Source: an uncultured Trueperaceae bacterium (GTDB taxonomy: Bacteria; Deinococcota; Deinococci; Deinococcales; Trueperaceae). From it: 64,000 nt of DNA. Positions 12,345 through 23,597 of the stretch are shown here, one piece after another. Position numbers and translations under genes: made by a program. Position 1 is the first letter of the stretch; each line of letters starts with the position of its first letter. A model generated the notes under the pieces. It did not search any database. It had not been told where the DNA came from and saw only the letters and a list, made by a program, of their open reading frames with translations. The stretch spans positions 1-64,000 of the forward strand of contig CAVSGP010000004.1 of assembly GCA_963727505.1 (NCBI GenBank), written 5' to 3'.

Positions 12345-13103
12345 ATGCAACGCGTTCGCTACCGCAGCTTCGACGGCGTCCACTGGGGTGAGGTCGAGGG
12401 CGGCTACATCCAACAGCTCACCGGCATGCTGGGACGTCCGAGCGGACACACCGTCCCCCTGAGCGACGTGACCCTGATGGCGCCCTGCGAGCCCGGCATC
12501 ATCATCTGCGTGGGACGCAACTACGCCCGGCACATCCAGGAGATGGGGCACGAGGCCGAGGGCCTCCCCAAGGAGCCGGGTCTGTTCCTGAAGGGGATCA
12601 ACACCCTCCGGGGCCCCGGCGACGATATCCCGTACCCCTCCTGGACCGAGGACCTCCAGTTCGAAGGCGAGCTCGCCGTCGTCATCGCCCACGAGATGCG
12701 GGATGTGGAGCCCGATGAAGCGCTCGAGCACGTCCTCGGCTACACCTGCGCCTGCGACGTCACCGCACGCGACCGTCAGCGCGCCGACCTGCAGTGGGTG
12801 CGCGGCAAGTCGGCGGACGGGTTCTGCCCGGTGGGCCCGTGGCTCGAGACCGACCTCGATCCGAGCGACGTGCGCGTGCAGACCCGCGTCAACGGCGACA
12901 CCAAGCAGGACGGCCATACCCGCGACATGATCTTCCCGGTCGCACAGGTCCTCAGCTACATCAGTCGCTTCATGACGCTGGGCCCCGGCGACCTGGTGCT
13001 GACCGGCACACCCGACGGCGTGGGCCCGCTGGCCGTGGGCGATCACATCGAGGTGGAGGTCGAAGGCATCGGCACGCTGATGAACGAGGTCGCCGGCGGA
13101 TGA
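12345..13103 (+). CDS. Fumarylacetoacetate hydrolase family protein
   Basis: ICVGRNYARH, FEGELAVVI, DVTARD, GDLVLTGTPDGVG; AAGGAGG SD. Confidence 0.92.
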   Translation: MQRVRYRSFDGVHWGEVEGGYIQQLTGMLGRPSGHTVPLSDVTLMAPCEPGIIICVGRNYARHIQEMGHEAEGLPKEPGLFLKGINTLRGPGDDIPYPSWTEDLQFEGELAVVIAHEMRDVEPDEALEHVLGYTCACDVTARDRQRADLQWVRGKSADGFCPVGPWLETDLDPSDVRVQTRVNGDTKQDGHTRDMIFPVAQVLSYISRFMTLGPGDLVLTGTPDGVGPLAVGDHIEVEVEGIGTLMNEVAGG

Positions 13104-14059
13104 GCGCGTTCCCCGACTTCCCGCGCGCCCGGGAACGAGACGGCGTTTGGGTCGTCGACACCTTCCACAACGGCCTCCCGGGCACCATCGCCGTGTTCCT
13201 GGTACCTCTGCCGGAGGGCGGGTTCGCGATGATCGAGAGCGGTCCCGGTTCCACCCTCGAGAACGTGGAGGCGGGCGTGGCTGCGGCCGGGTTGGAGCTG
13301 GCGGACCTCCGGACGCTGCTTCTCACCCACATCCATCTCGACCACGCGGGCGCCGCCGGCGCGCTGGCCGCGGCAACCGGGACCGAGGTCGTCGTGCATA
13401 CCGTCGGGGCGCCCCACCTGGCCGACCCGGGACGCCTGGTCAAGAGCGCACGGCGCATCTACGGCGACGCCATGGACGAGCTCTGGGGCCCCATGGAGGC
13501 CGTCCCCGAGGACCGCCTCCGGGCCGTCGAGGGGGACGCCACACTCGACGTCGGGGGGCTCGAGGTGCGGGTGCTCTACACGCCCGGTCACGCCTCCCAT
13601 CACGTCAGTTACCTGTTCCCCGACGGCACCCTGTTCACGGGCGACAGCGCAGGCATCCGGCTGCCCGGCTCGCCCCTGACCCGCCCGGCGCTGCCGCCTC
13701 CCGAGCTGTCGCTGGAGGACTGGGAGGCGAGCGTGGTGCGCATGCGCGAGGCCTCCCCCCGCCGACTGATGGTCACGCACTTCGGGGAGGTCCCGAGCGC
13801 CGACGCGCACCTGGCGGCCCTCCCGGAACGGAACCGCGTCTGGGCCGAGGAGGTGCTCGTGGGATTGCGCGCCGGCGAGGCGGAGCAGGCGCTGGTGAAG
13901 CGCGTGGAACGGCTCGAGGACGCCGAGCTCGACCGCGCTCGTGCCAACGCCGGTGTGCGGCTGCGCAACAAGGTCACGAGCGACGCTGCCATGACCGTCA
14001 TGGGGGTCTCCCGCTACTGGCGCAAGCGGCACCCTGAGCGGCTGGACGGAGCGGCCTGA
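13100..14059 (+). CDS. MBL-fold metallo-hydrolase
   Basis: THIHLDHAG, TPGHASHH, FTGD; ATGA overlap with the upstream gene. Confidence 0.9.
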   Translation: MSAFPDFPRARERDGVWVVDTFHNGLPGTIAVFLVPLPEGGFAMIESGPGSTLENVEAGVAAAGLELADLRTLLLTHIHLDHAGAAGALAAATGTEVVVHTVGAPHLADPGRLVKSARRIYGDAMDELWGPMEAVPEDRLRAVEGDATLDVGGLEVRVLYTPGHASHHVSYLFPDGTLFTGDSAGIRLPGSPLTRPALPPPELSLEDWEASVVRMREASPRRLMVTHFGEVPSADAHLAALPERNRVWAEEVLVGLRAGEAEQALVKRVERLEDAELDRARANAGVRLRNKVTSDAAMTVMGVSRYWRKRHPERLDGAA

Positions 14060-14091
14060 GGATGCGGCTGCCTCGTGGGTAGACTGTCGGC

Positions 14092-14709
14092 ATGACCACG
14101 CCGTTCCCGCTGGGCCGACCCGCCCGCATCGCGGTGCTCGCTTCGGGTCGCGGTTCGAACCTGGAGGCCCTGCTGCAGGCGTTCGGCCCGGACGAGCCGT
14201 TGGCGCGGGTCGAGCTCGTGATCAGCAACCGAGCCTCGGCCCCGGCGCTCGACAAGGCGCGCGCCGCCGGGGTGGAGGCGCTCCACATCGCGTACCGCGA
14301 CGGCAAGGCATTCGAGGAGGACGCCAGCCGCGCGCTCGACGCGGCCGCCATCGATCTGGTCTGCCTGGCGGGCTTCATGCGCATCCTGTCGCCCGACTTC
14401 GTGCGGCGCTACCGCGGGCGCTTGCTCAACATCCATCCCAGCCTGCTGCCGGCGTTCCGCGGGCTGCATGCCCAACGGCAGGCGCTCGAGGCCGGCGTCC
14501 GAGAATCGGGGTGCACGGTGCACTTCGTCGACGAAGGGGTCGACACCGGAGGCGTCGTCGTTCAGCGTCGTGTCCCGGTCCTGGCAGGAGACACCGAGGG
14601 AACGCTGGCGGAGCGTATCCGCGTCGAGGAGCACCGTGCCTTCCCGGAAGCGGTGCGCAAGGTGTTGACCGGGCGGGCGCGCCCGCCGGCCGAGGAGGTG
14701 CCCGGATGA
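14092..14709 (+). CDS. purN: Phosphoribosylglycinamide formyltransferase
   Basis: [39 protein letters not shown]. Confidence 0.96.
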   Translation: MTTPFPLGRPARIAVLASGRGSNLEALLQAFGPDEPLARVELVISNRASAPALDKARAAGVEALHIAYRDGKAFEEDASRALDAAAIDLVCLAGFMRILSPDFVRRYRGRLLNIHPSLLPAFRGLHAQRQALEAGVRESGCTVHFVDEGVDTGGVVVQRRVPVLAGDTEGTLAERIRVEEHRAFPEAVRKVLTGRARPPAEEVPG

Positions 14710-15953
14710 AGGTCCTGGTGATCGGGAGCGGCGGCAGGGAGCATGCGCTGGCCTGGAAGCTCGCCCAGTCCGAGCGGGTCGACGAGATCCTCGTGGCTCC
14801 CGGCAACGCCGGCATGACCGACGTGGCCCGGATCGTCGACGTCCCGCTGCGCGTCGACGCCCTGTTGCAGCTCGCCCGGCAGGAAGCGGTCGATTTCACC
14901 GTGGTCGGCCCCGAAGCGCCGCTCGTCGACGGCGTGGTCGACGCCTTCGAGGACGCCGGCCTCAGGATCTTCGGCCCGAGCGCCAAGGCGGCGCGGCTGG
15001 AAGGCTCCAAGCGCTTCGCCAAGGAGTTCATGGGGCGTCACGGCATCCCCACGGCAGCTTTCCGGAGCTTCCGGGAGCGCTCGGCAGCGCACACCTACCT
15101 CCAGGAGATGGGCGCTCCCATCGTCGTCAAGGACTCCGCGCTGGCTGCCGGCAAGGGCGTGACGGTGGCACGCAGCCTGCCCGAGGCCACGGCAGCCGTG
15201 GACGCGGTGTTCGAGCGACCGGGAGCCGAGGTGGTCATCGAGGAGTTCCTCGAGGGGCAGGAGATCAGCCTGCTGCTCTTCACCGACGGACTGGCGTACC
15301 GACCGATGGTCCTGGCGCAGGATTACAAGCAGGCGCGTGAGGGGGACGTCGGGCCCATGACGGGCGGTATGGGAGCGGTCGCGCCGGCGGCCCTGCTGAG
15401 CTCCGCCCAGCAATGGCAGACCATGACGCGGGTGGTCGAGCCCACCCTGCAGGCGCTCAATGCCGACGGGATCGCCTATCAGGGCGTGCTTTTCATCGGC
15501 CTGATGATGACCGAAGAGGGCGCCAAGGTGCTCGAGTTCAACGTGCGCTTCGGCGACCCCGAGACCCAGGCGGTGCTCCCCCTGCTGGACAACGACCTCC
15601 TGAGGGTGCTCGAGAGCGTGGCGGACCGACGCCTGGCCCGCCTCGAGCTGTGCTGGACGGGACGCAAGGCCGCCTGCGTGGTGATGGCAGCCCCCGGGTA
15701 TCCGGGCGCCTACGAGAAGGCCATCCCCATCACGATCCCGGACGATCTCGGGGAGGACATCCTCGTCTTCCACGCCGGGACCGGGAAGGCCGACGGCAGC
15801 CTGGTTTCCAGTGGAGGGCGCGTCCTCAACGTCGTTGCCACCGCCGATCGCCTGGAAGACGCCGTGAAGCGCGCCTACGAGGCCGCCGACCGGATCCACT
15901 TCCCGGGCGCGATCCTGCGGCGCGACATCGGTGGGCGGCTGCTGAGGCGCTGA
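14706..15953 (+). CDS. purD: Phosphoribosylamine--glycine ligase
   Basis: [40 protein letters not shown]. Confidence 0.97.
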   Translation: MKVLVIGSGGREHALAWKLAQSERVDEILVAPGNAGMTDVARIVDVPLRVDALLQLARQEAVDFTVVGPEAPLVDGVVDAFEDAGLRIFGPSAKAARLEGSKRFAKEFMGRHGIPTAAFRSFRERSAAHTYLQEMGAPIVVKDSALAAGKGVTVARSLPEATAAVDAVFERPGAEVVIEEFLEGQEISLLLFTDGLAYRPMVLAQDYKQAREGDVGPMTGGMGAVAPAALLSSAQQWQTMTRVVEPTLQALNADGIAYQGVLFIGLMMTEEGAKVLEFNVRFGDPETQAVLPLLDNDLLRVLESVADRRLARLELCWTGRKAACVVMAAPGYPGAYEKAIPITIPDDLGEDILVFHAGTGKADGSLVSSGGRVLNVVATADRLEDAVKRAYEAADRIHFPGAILRRDIGGRLLRR

Positions 15954-16007
15954 ACGACTCGTTGGGACGCGACGGGGGTCCCACGGGGACCGGGCTAGCA
16001 TGGGGCC

Positions 16008-16931
16008 ATGCTGGATGACTTCGACGCCCTTTCCGCGCTCGATACGAGCGGTTTCCTCAGCACGCTGGCGGCGCTTCCTGACTCCTACGACGGCCCGGAC
16101 GGGCTGCAACCTGGGCCCTACGGGGTGCTCGGCTTCGGTGAGGGGGCGGTGCTGGCCGGCCTCCTCGCGCCCTGGGCGGACGCACCCCTGGTCGGTCAGG
16201 GAACGCAGTTCCTCCTCGCCTCGGGCTTCGACTTCGGCGAGGCGGCGGCTCTGCGGCTCACCGCCGAGCTGGCGGGAGCTCGGCCGATCGTGCTGGGCGA
16301 TGCCGCGTTCGAGCCGAGCTACCGTGTGCCTGCCGGGACCCTGAGCCCCTACACCCTTCTCAGCTACCTCGGTCGCGCCACCGGTCACGGTGAGGCGCTC
16401 GAAGTTGCCGAGACCCGCATGCGCGCGTTGCTGCCGCGCCTCGGTCCGGACGTCCCTACCGACCGGAACCCCGCTAAAGCGGTGGCCTGGACGCTGTGGA
16501 ATCGCGTACCCCTGCTCATCAGCAGCCGGGCACGCGCGCCGCTGCAGCCGCTGATCCAGCAGGTGCTGGCGCGTGTCGGCAAGACCTTGGCGATCCCGAC
16601 CGGCACCCATCCGGCGGGCGTGGTCACGGGCGCTTTCGAGGGGAGGCACCAACTCGGGGACGACATCGTCGGCCTGGTCATCGGTCCCGAGGACCGTGAG
16701 GTGACGCTCGTGCGCGAGGTGCTCGGAACGCGCGTCGCCCAGGTGGAGAGCCTGGTGGCGCACGCCGGCGACCCCCTCGCCGGCATCCAGGACCCGGTCG
16801 GCGAGGCGCTCGTGGTGTGGTACCTGAGTGCGTGGGTGGCGGGGTACCTGGCGCTCCTCCATCACTTCGATCCCGGCGAGAGCGCGGTGTACCGGGAGGT
16901 GCGCGACAGCGCCGAGGAAGCCGTGAAGTGA
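16008..16931 (+). CDS. SIS-domain / bifunctional phosphoglucose-phosphomannose isomerase-like protein
   Basis: N-terminal LD...LD..G and NPAK.VAW.L...VP motifs resembling PGI/PMI proteins. Confidence 0.55.
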   Translation: MLDDFDALSALDTSGFLSTLAALPDSYDGPDGLQPGPYGVLGFGEGAVLAGLLAPWADAPLVGQGTQFLLASGFDFGEAAALRLTAELAGARPIVLGDAAFEPSYRVPAGTLSPYTLLSYLGRATGHGEALEVAETRMRALLPRLGPDVPTDRNPAKAVAWTLWNRVPLLISSRARAPLQPLIQQVLARVGKTLAIPTGTHPAGVVTGAFEGRHQLGDDIVGLVIGPEDREVTLVREVLGTRVAQVESLVAHAGDPLAGIQDPVGEALVVWYLSAWVAGYLALLHHFDPGESAVYREVRDSAEEAVK

Positions 16932-16987
16932 CCTCGGGGGCGGGAAAGTCCTCACTCCGGCGCGCACGGCCCAGGGTAGAGTGGCCC

Positions 16988-17719
16988 ATGCGACGCATCG
17001 CCCTTGCGCTGGTGCCGTTGGCGCTGCTCCTCTTGCTGGCCGCCTGCGCTCCCAGCAGCGAGAAGCAGGTCACCGTCCAACAGCTCACCAAGCCGATCAG
17101 CTACTACCCACACCAGACGGGTGCGCACTGGGAGTACCTGCCCGACGGAGCCAAGCTCACCGACCCCCGGCTCACCGTCGACGTGGAGGGCCCCACCGTC
17201 CTCGACGGCCAGGTCTGGATCGCCCGGCACACCCAGGGTCGCGGCCTCGACGTCACCCGCTACCGGCAGTACAAGTCCGACGGCGTGTACCTGGGGCGGG
17301 AGAACAAGCTCGGTACCGTGATCAACTTCGATCCACCCATCCGCGAGTTCCCGGCCGAAGGCAAGTTGCGCGTGGGCGCGACCTGGGCGGGGGACACCAA
17401 GGTCAACGTGATGGCGACCGAGGGCAACAACAGCGGTAGCGGCAAGCAGGCGAACAAGACGCTCGACGTGCACTACGTCTACACGGTGGTCGACAAGCGC
17501 CAGGTGGCGCTGGCGGCGGGCACCTTCGAGGTCTACGTCGTGTCCTTCACGACACGCACACTGGACGAGAACGCCCAGGTCACGAGCACACTGACGCAGC
17601 AGTTCTGGTTCACCCCCAACATCGGTGAAGTACGCGACGAGAACGGCAACGTGCTCATCGCCAGCAACGTCCTCGTGTCGAAGCCGAAGGACGGGAGCTC
17701 GTCCTCCGGGACCCCCTGA
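16988..17719 (+). CDS. Hypothetical lipoprotein
   Basis: MRR + hydrophobic stretch + lipobox LAAC; beta-rich soluble domain. Confidence 0.75.
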   Translation: MRRIALALVPLALLLLLAACAPSSEKQVTVQQLTKPISYYPHQTGAHWEYLPDGAKLTDPRLTVDVEGPTVLDGQVWIARHTQGRGLDVTRYRQYKSDGVYLGRENKLGTVINFDPPIREFPAEGKLRVGATWAGDTKVNVMATEGNNSGSGKQANKTLDVHYVYTVVDKRQVALAAGTFEVYVVSFTTRTLDENAQVTSTLTQQFWFTPNIGEVRDENGNVLIASNVLVSKPKDGSSSSGTP

Positions 17720-17853
17720 AGGGCTCGCCGCGCGGCCGCACCGGCAGGACTGAATGAACCGAGAAAGCGGGTGGGGAGCTACCGTTCCGCCGGGAGACGC
17801 TCTGGTAGACTCATGGGCGTAACGACGGCCCGCCCGGGAGGAGTTGCACGGCA

Positions 17854-19785
17854 ATGGCCCTACTCGAGGACATCCGAGTTCCTCAGGATCTCCACCGACT
17901 GAAGCGCGAGGACCTTCCGCAGCTCGCCGCCGAGTTGCGCGCCGAGGTCGTGCGCGCGTGCTCCATGGCCGGAGGGCATCTCGCCTCCAGCCTCGGCGCC
18001 GTCGAGTTGACCGTGGCGCTGCACTACCTCTACGACACCTCACGCGATCGCATCGTGTGGGACGTGGGCCACCAGACCTACGGGCACAAGATCCTGACCG
18101 GGCGTCGCGAGCGCATGGGCACCATCCGCAAGGACGGCGGCCTGGCGGGCTTCGCCACCAGCAGCGAATCGGAGCACGACGCCCTGACCGTGGGTCATGC
18201 CAGCACCAGCCTGGCGGCCTCGCTGGGCATGGCTCTGGCGCGTGACGCCCGCGGGGACGACTACGACGTGGTCGCCGTCATCGGTGATGGCGCGCTCACG
18301 GGCGGCATGGCGCTGGCGGCGCTGAACCAGATCGGGCACGTGAAGCCGCGCATGACCATCATCCTGAACGACAACGAGATGTCGATCAGCGAGAACGTGG
18401 GCGCGCTCAAGCACTACCTCAGCACGCTGCAGGTGCAGCGCTGGTTCCAACAGGCGGAGAAGGGCTCCAAGAAGGCGCTGACCGGGGTGTGGGAACCGCT
18501 GGCCGACCTCGGCAGCCGGGCCAAGAAGGCCGCCCGGCGCTTCTTCGATCCCGCGAGCAACAACCCCTTCCACGCCATGGGATTGCGCTACGTGGGCCCC
18601 ATCGACGGTCACAACATCCCGCAGCTGCTCTACTACCTCGAACACATCCGGCGCCTGGACGGGCCCACCATGCTCCACATCGTCACGCGCAAGGGCAAGG
18701 GCTACGAGGTCGCGGAGAACGATCCCATCACCTGGCACGGGGCGTCCAGCTTCGATCTGGAACATCCCGTGGCCAAGGGGAAAGCCTACAGCTGGTCCAA
18801 CGCCTTCGGCGACGCCGCCATGGCGCTCGCCGAGGCGGACGATCGCGTGTGGGTCATCACGCCGGCCATGCGCGAGGGTAGCGGCCTGGTGGAGTACAGC
18901 AAGGCGCATGCCGATCGCTTCATCGACGTGGGCATCGCCGAGGACGTCGCTGTCACGGTCGGTGCCGGCCTGGCGTTGCGTGGCGAGAGGCCGATCGTCG
19001 CCATCTACAGCACCTTCCTTCAGCGCGGCTTCGACCAGGTCGTGCACGACGTGGCGCTAGAGAACCTGGACGTGATCTTCGCTATCGACCGTGCCGGGCT
19101 GGTGGGCGGTGACGGTGCCACCCACCAGGGCATCTACGACATGGCTTATCTCCGGAGCGTTCCGAACATGTCGATCGGCATGCCGAAGGACGCCGATGAG
19201 ATGCAGGGCATGCTGAAGACGGCGCTGAGGCTGGGAGGGCCGCGGGCCATCCGCTGGCCCAGGGGCGCCGTGGCTTCGGCGGCGCGTCGCCCGGTCGAGG
19301 GCTGGCCGGAGCTCGACTGGGGAAGCTGGGAGATCCTCAAGGAGGGCAGCGAGGTCAGCGTCCTCGCCAGCGGGGTCACGCTGGCATACGCTCTGGCCGC
19401 AGCGGCCGACGATCCGCGGGTGGGCGTGGTCAACGCACGCTTCGTGAAGCCGCTCGACCACACGGTATTGCAGTCGCTGGCGCGCTCGCAGCGCGCCTTG
19501 ATCAGCGTCGAGGACCACACCATCGTCGGAGGGCTGGGTTCTGCGGTCGCCGAGGCCCTGGCCGATGCGGGCCTCCACGTGCCATTGCGCCGTCTGGGCA
19601 TCCCCGACATCACCGTGCCTCACGGAACGCCGGAGAGGCAGCACGAGGCGCTCGGATACGGCGTCGAGGGCATCCGTGCCGCCCTCCGCCAGCTCGGGAT
19701 CGCCCAGCGGGAGCCCGCCGCGGCCGGGGTCGACGCGGCGGAGCGCGAGCACCCCGAGCGGTCGGCCCTCAACGCCGCGAAGTAG
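17854..19785 (+). CDS. dxs: 1-deoxy-D-xylulose-5-phosphate synthase
   Basis: [40 protein letters not shown]. Confidence 0.97.
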   Translation: MALLEDIRVPQDLHRLKREDLPQLAAELRAEVVRACSMAGGHLASSLGAVELTVALHYLYDTSRDRIVWDVGHQTYGHKILTGRRERMGTIRKDGGLAGFATSSESEHDALTVGHASTSLAASLGMALARDARGDDYDVVAVIGDGALTGGMALAALNQIGHVKPRMTIILNDNEMSISENVGALKHYLSTLQVQRWFQQAEKGSKKALTGVWEPLADLGSRAKKAARRFFDPASNNPFHAMGLRYVGPIDGHNIPQLLYYLEHIRRLDGPTMLHIVTRKGKGYEVAENDPITWHGASSFDLEHPVAKGKAYSWSNAFGDAAMALAEADDRVWVITPAMREGSGLVEYSKAHADRFIDVGIAEDVAVTVGAGLALRGERPIVAIYSTFLQRGFDQVVHDVALENLDVIFAIDRAGLVGGDGATHQGIYDMAYLRSVPNMSIGMPKDADEMQGMLKTALRLGGPRAIRWPRGAVASAARRPVEGWPELDWGSWEILKEGSEVSVLASGVTLAYALAAAADDPRVGVVNARFVKPLDHTVLQSLARSQRALISVEDHTIVGGLGSAVAEALADAGLHVPLRRLGIPDITVPHGTPERQHEALGYGVEGIRAALRQLGIAQREPAAAGVDAAEREHPERSALNAAK

Positions 19786-19809
19786 GGGCTGGAGGTGGCT
19801 TCTCCGGCG

Positions 19810-19839
19810 TTGACAGTCCGCGTCGGCGCCGGGTATCCT
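19810..19839 (+). promoter_or_regulatory. Sigma-A promoter of the tRNA operon
   Basis: TTGACA-18 nt-TATCCT, about 40 nt before tRNA-Asp. Confidence 0.7.
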
Positions 19840-19882
19840 ACCTTCCGCCTAGAGCGTGAGCGCGTCGCTCGAGGGCCCGCGC

Positions 19883-19958
19883 GGAGCGGTAGTGTAGCGG
19901 TTAGCATATCTGCCTGTCACGCAGAAGGTCGCGGGTTCAAATCCCGTCCGCTCCGCCA
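19883..19958 (+). tRNA. tRNA-Asp(GTC)
   Basis: Cloverleaf GGAGCGG/CCGCTCC, anticodon loop CTGTCAC, GGTTCAAATCC, CCA end. Confidence 0.97.
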
Positions 19959-19999
19959 TTCGCCGGAGGGCGCCCCCGAAGGGGGCGCCGCCGGTTCTC

Positions 20000-20075
20000 G
20001 GCCAGGTAGCTCAGTCGGTAGAGCATGCGACTGAAAATCGCAGTGTCGGCAGTTCGATTCTGCCCCTGGCCACCA
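20000..20075 (+). tRNA. tRNA-Phe(GAA)
   Basis: GGCCAGG/CCTGGCC acceptor, CTGAAAA loop, CCA end. Confidence 0.97.
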
Positions 20076-20119
20076 CCGCGGGCCGCATGCCCGGTCCTCC
20101 GGTAGGTTCACGGAGGCGC

Positions 20120-20194
20120 GCCAAAGTAGCTCAGCGGTAGAGCAGCCGATTCGTAATCGGCAGGTCGTCGGTTCAAATCCGACCTTTGGCTCCA
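20120..20194 (+). tRNA. tRNA-Thr(CGT)
   Basis: GCCAAAG/CTTTGGC acceptor, TTCGTAA loop, CCA end. Confidence 0.96.
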
Positions 20195-21706
20195 AGGACA
20201 GAGTCCCGTGAGGGACGAGAGAACGGGCTCCCGACTGTGATCGGGGGCCCTGCCCATTTGATCCCGTACACCCTATCTACACCGCATGTCGTCTGGGCCG
20301 GTTCGGCGTCGTCGATGGCCGCGAGAAGAAGGTCATCGAGTGGCACGGCGGACGATGGTTCTCGATCACCTTTGCGGCCTCGAACGCGGTGGCGCGTGAA
20401 GCGCTGCTCAACGATCCCTACTCCCTGCGGGAGCTGGTCGAGGTGGCGCTGCAGCGCCCGGCAGGGCTACCGCGACGGCTTCCCCCAACATCGGCGCTGC
20501 CGCCGGTCCAGCCTTGGCGGAATGGCTTACGCGACGATGGCCGGTGCCACAGGACCGCTCCTGATCAGCATGGCACTGGTCTTCGCCGCAGTAGTGGCGT
20601 ATGCAGCGATCGGAAGGGCGTTGTGCGGTTCAAGGGTTCGTAGTTCTGTTGATGCCGCCGTCGACGCGGAGTGTTGCGCCTGTCACGTAGGAGGCTCGGG
20701 GGCTGACGAGGTAGGCGATGGCATCGGCGACATCTTCCGGCCTGCCCAGTCGTCCGACAGGGTTCTGTGCGTAGTGTGCTACGACCTCGGCTTCAATCTC
20801 ATCCCAGGATCGTTGATTGCCGCTGCTCCGCGATCGATCGAGGAACATCTGCCGCATGCCGCGTGTGAGCATCACGCCCGGGCTGACGGTGTTCGCGGTG
20901 ACACCTGAGCCTGCGAGTTCCAATGCGAGCGCACCCGTGGCGTTCGTGAGTGCAGCCTTGGCAGCCGAGTACTCGACCATATTCGTCAACGGCGCGCTCA
21001 CGCCGCGTGTCCCGATCGTGACGATCCTGCCCCAGCCGCGAGTCCGCATCGGGCCGGCAAGATGCCGAATGCACCGCACAGCGGAGAGAACATTGCCCGC
21101 ATACGCATCAATCCAGTCATCATCGGTTGCATCGAAGAAGGAATGCTCGGCAAACGGCCCGGCATTCGCGATCAAGATATCGATGGGCCCCTCGCGCGCG
21201 GCATCCTCACAAACGCGTCGAGCCTGCTCTGGATCGGTCAGGTCCCCGAGTACCGTCGTTGCTGAACCGCCAAGGTTGCGAATGTCTTCGAGTTCGGCGT
21301 CGGCAGCTACCGCGTTGCGGCCGTGCACAACGACGGTGCAGCCCTCGGCAGCAAGACGATGAGTGATCGCGGCCCCCAATCCGCCCGTGCTGCCGGTGAC
21401 CAGGGCGCGCTTGCCTTCGAGTTCTAGGTCCATCCCGCTAGCCTAGCCCGGATCGTTCAGGGTGACGGCTGGCCGGCGGGTTCGGGCGGTTCTGCTGCCT
21501 TGTGTGCGTGATTGTGCTCTTTGCGTTTGACGCGGCGTCCCGGCGTCGTCCGGGGTGGGCGCCGGCTCCAGGTCTGGGGACCGTGCGCGGTTGATCCGAC
21601 CCCGCGGACTAGGACAGGACTCCCTGGAACGCGGTGGGACATGGCGCGACGCTCCTGGCGCGGTTCGAACTCGGCAGGTCGTCGGTTCAGAACCGACCTC
21701 TGGCTC
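20157..21706. mobile_element. Decayed genomic islet integrated in tRNA-Thr; att-like direct repeats at 20157-20192 and 21671-21706
   Basis: 36-nt repeat of the tRNA 3' half with 3 mismatches; the interior has visibly lower GC and one intact SDR gene; no intact integrase. Confidence 0.75.
20630..21433 (-). CDS. SDR family NAD(P)-dependent oxidoreductase
   Basis: TGSTGGLG, YSAAK catalytic motif, TGATLRVDGG. Confidence 0.93.
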   Translation of the reverse strand: MDLELEGKRALVTGSTGGLGAAITHRLAAEGCTVVVHGRNAVAADAELEDIRNLGGSATTVLGDLTDPEQARRVCEDAAREGPIDILIANAGPFAEHSFFDATDDDWIDAYAGNVLSAVRCIRHLAGPMRTRGWGRIVTIGTRGVSAPLTNMVEYSAAKAALTNATGALALELAGSGVTANTVSPGVMLTRGMRQMFLDRSRSSGNQRSWDEIEAEVVAHYAQNPVGRLGRPEDVADAIAYLVSPRASYVTGATLRVDGGINRTTNP

Positions 21707-21732
21707 TCGAGCAAGCCGTGCCATACAGCAAA

Positions 21733-21760
21733 TCCCCGCCCGAGCATGCTCGGGCGGGGA
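21733..21760 (-). terminator. Terminator downstream of csp
   Basis: Perfect inverted repeat TCCCCGCCCGAGCA/TGCTCGGGCGGGGA followed by TTT on the minus strand. Confidence 0.7.
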
Positions 21761-21790
21761 CGTCTTGGTCTACGGGATTCGGTGGGGAGT

Positions 21791-22006
21791 CTAGAAGCCA
21801 GGCTTGGTGACCTTCACGTTCGAAGCCTGCAGACCCTTGGGGCCCTGCTCGACCGTGAATTCCACCTCGTCGTTCTCGTTCAGGCTGCGGAAGCCGTCGC
21901 CCTGGATCGCCGAGAAGTGCACGAAGACATCCTTGCCACCGTCACTCTGTTCGATGAAGCCGAACCCTTTGTCGCCGTTGAACCATTTCACTTTACCTGT
22001 CGCCAT
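21791..22006 (-). CDS. cspA: Cold-shock protein (CspA family)
   Basis: [29 protein letters not shown]; exact paralog name uncertain. Confidence 0.95.
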   Translation of the reverse strand: MATGKVKWFNGDKGFGFIEQSDGGKDVFVHFSAIQGDGFRSLNENDEVEFTVEQGPKGLQASNVKVTKPGF

Positions 22007-22481
22007 GATGCTTATCTCCTAAATGGCCTGACCTCGGTCAAGCGTATTGATGTCCGGGCGGATGCCCGAGTTTCAAGAAAGCCTTATCGACTTTTTCGGA
22101 ACGACTAGAAGCATACGCCTTGTGGCCCGAGAACACAAGTGATGCTGGACGTTCGATGCTTCGGCGAGCCCGGACGTCGCGTGATGCAGGCCCCGGCCGA
22201 CCGGTGCGACGCGACACCGGCGGGCACTGTGATAGCCTGAAGGCACTCCTGGGAAACGTATCGACGAGGCATCGGGCTGTCCGGCTCGGTCCGCTCAGGA
22301 AATCGCCCGAAGTGGGTGTTCTCATCTTGTACCAGACCTCGAAAACCGCTGCTGGAAAGGGCTCATGCTCGGCCCCTCGTGGGCGCCCCGGGCGGACGAC
22401 GATCGTCGCTCCACTCCACCCGGACCCCACCGAGGACGTCGTGTCCAACGTGGCCCCCGCATGCAGTGAAGGGACTTGTTC

Positions 22482-23519
22482 ATGACCAAGCAGAACGCGC
22501 ATTCAGCCGAGTTCGCCGGTTGGCAAGCGATCGTACGGAAGTACCAGCAGCCTGACCTCAAGCGCGGCGTATGGCAGTTGGTGACCTCCTTCGGGGGCCT
22601 GTTCCTGACGGTAGGACTGATGTTCCTGTCGCTGGGGGTGGGCTACTGGCTCACGCTCCTGCTGGCGGTCCCCGCGGCGGGCTTCCTGGTTCGGGTGTTC
22701 ATCATCCAGCACGATTGCGGGCACGGCGCCTTCTTCAAGTCGAAGCGGGCCAACGACGTGGTGGGCGCGATCAGTGGCGTTCTCACGCTGGTTCCGTACA
22801 AGTTCTGGCGCAAGACCCATGCCATCCACCACGCCCATCATGCCGAGCTCGAGGAGCGTGGCATCGGGGACGTGTGGACGTTGACCGTCGACGAGTACCT
22901 GCAGTCGCCGTGGTGGAAGCGTATCGCCTACCGCGTGTTCCGGAACCCGCTGTTCTTGTTCGGGGCCGCGCCGGCGTTCAACTTCATCGTGCTGCAGCGC
23001 CTGCCTTTGGGCGCGAAGGCGAGCTGGCGCACGGGGGAGACCCGTTCGGTGTGGTTGACGAACGTCGCCATCCTTGCGCTGCTGGGCGGTGCGAGCCTGG
23101 TGATCGGTGTGCTGCACGTGCTGATGATCGGCCTCCCGATCATCGTTGTGGCGGCCAGTGTGGGCACCTGGTTGTTCTACGTGCAGCACCAGTTCGAACG
23201 CACCTACTGGGAGCACACCCCGGAGTGGGACTACACCCTGGCGGCGCTCCAAGGCAGCTCCTACTACGATCTTCCCAGGGTGCTGCAATGGTTCACCGGG
23301 AACATCGGCTTCCATCACATCCATCACCTCAGCCCACGCATCCCCAACTACAACCTGCAGCGCTGCCACGACGAGAACCCGATGCTGCAGAGGGTGTCGA
23401 GGCTTTCCCTCACGGGCAGCTTCAAGACGGTCGTTCTGACCTTGTGGGACGAGGAGCGGCGTCGATTGGTGACGTTCCGCGAGGCGCTCCGAAGCAGACC
23501 AGGGGGAGCCGCAGCCTAG
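22482..23519 (+). CDS. Membrane fatty acid desaturase (Bacillus Des-like)
   Basis: His boxes HDCGH, HAIHH, HHIHH; WLFYVQH, GNIGFHHIHHL.PRIPNYNL. Confidence 0.92.
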   Translation: MTKQNAHSAEFAGWQAIVRKYQQPDLKRGVWQLVTSFGGLFLTVGLMFLSLGVGYWLTLLLAVPAAGFLVRVFIIQHDCGHGAFFKSKRANDVVGAISGVLTLVPYKFWRKTHAIHHAHHAELEERGIGDVWTLTVDEYLQSPWWKRIAYRVFRNPLFLFGAAPAFNFIVLQRLPLGAKASWRTGETRSVWLTNVAILALLGGASLVIGVLHVLMIGLPIIVVAASVGTWLFYVQHQFERTYWEHTPEWDYTLAALQGSSYYDLPRVLQWFTGNIGFHHIHHLSPRIPNYNLQRCHDENPMLQRVSRLSLTGSFKTVVLTLWDEERRRLVTFREALRSRPGGAAA

Positions 23520-23597
23520 CGCGCGGTCGTCACCGTAGCCGACTCCGCGCCCCGATGACGCTCGGCAGCACGCAGGTCGGCAGAGCTAGACTGACGC

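Noticed and set aside
14562..16967. Very long antisense ORFs (e.g. 801 aa here; also 24886-26598, 28593-30380, 51844-53823, 57136-59247)
   Set aside because: Shadow frames opposite well-supported genes in a high-GC genome; no recognisable motifs
20389..20643. 84-aa ORF and a hydrophobic stretch inside the islet
   Set aside because: No SD or -10 box and no confident family match; probably pseudogene debris
21671..21706. Possible additional tRNA gene
   Set aside because: Only the 3' half is present and there is no CCA; interpreted as an att repeat
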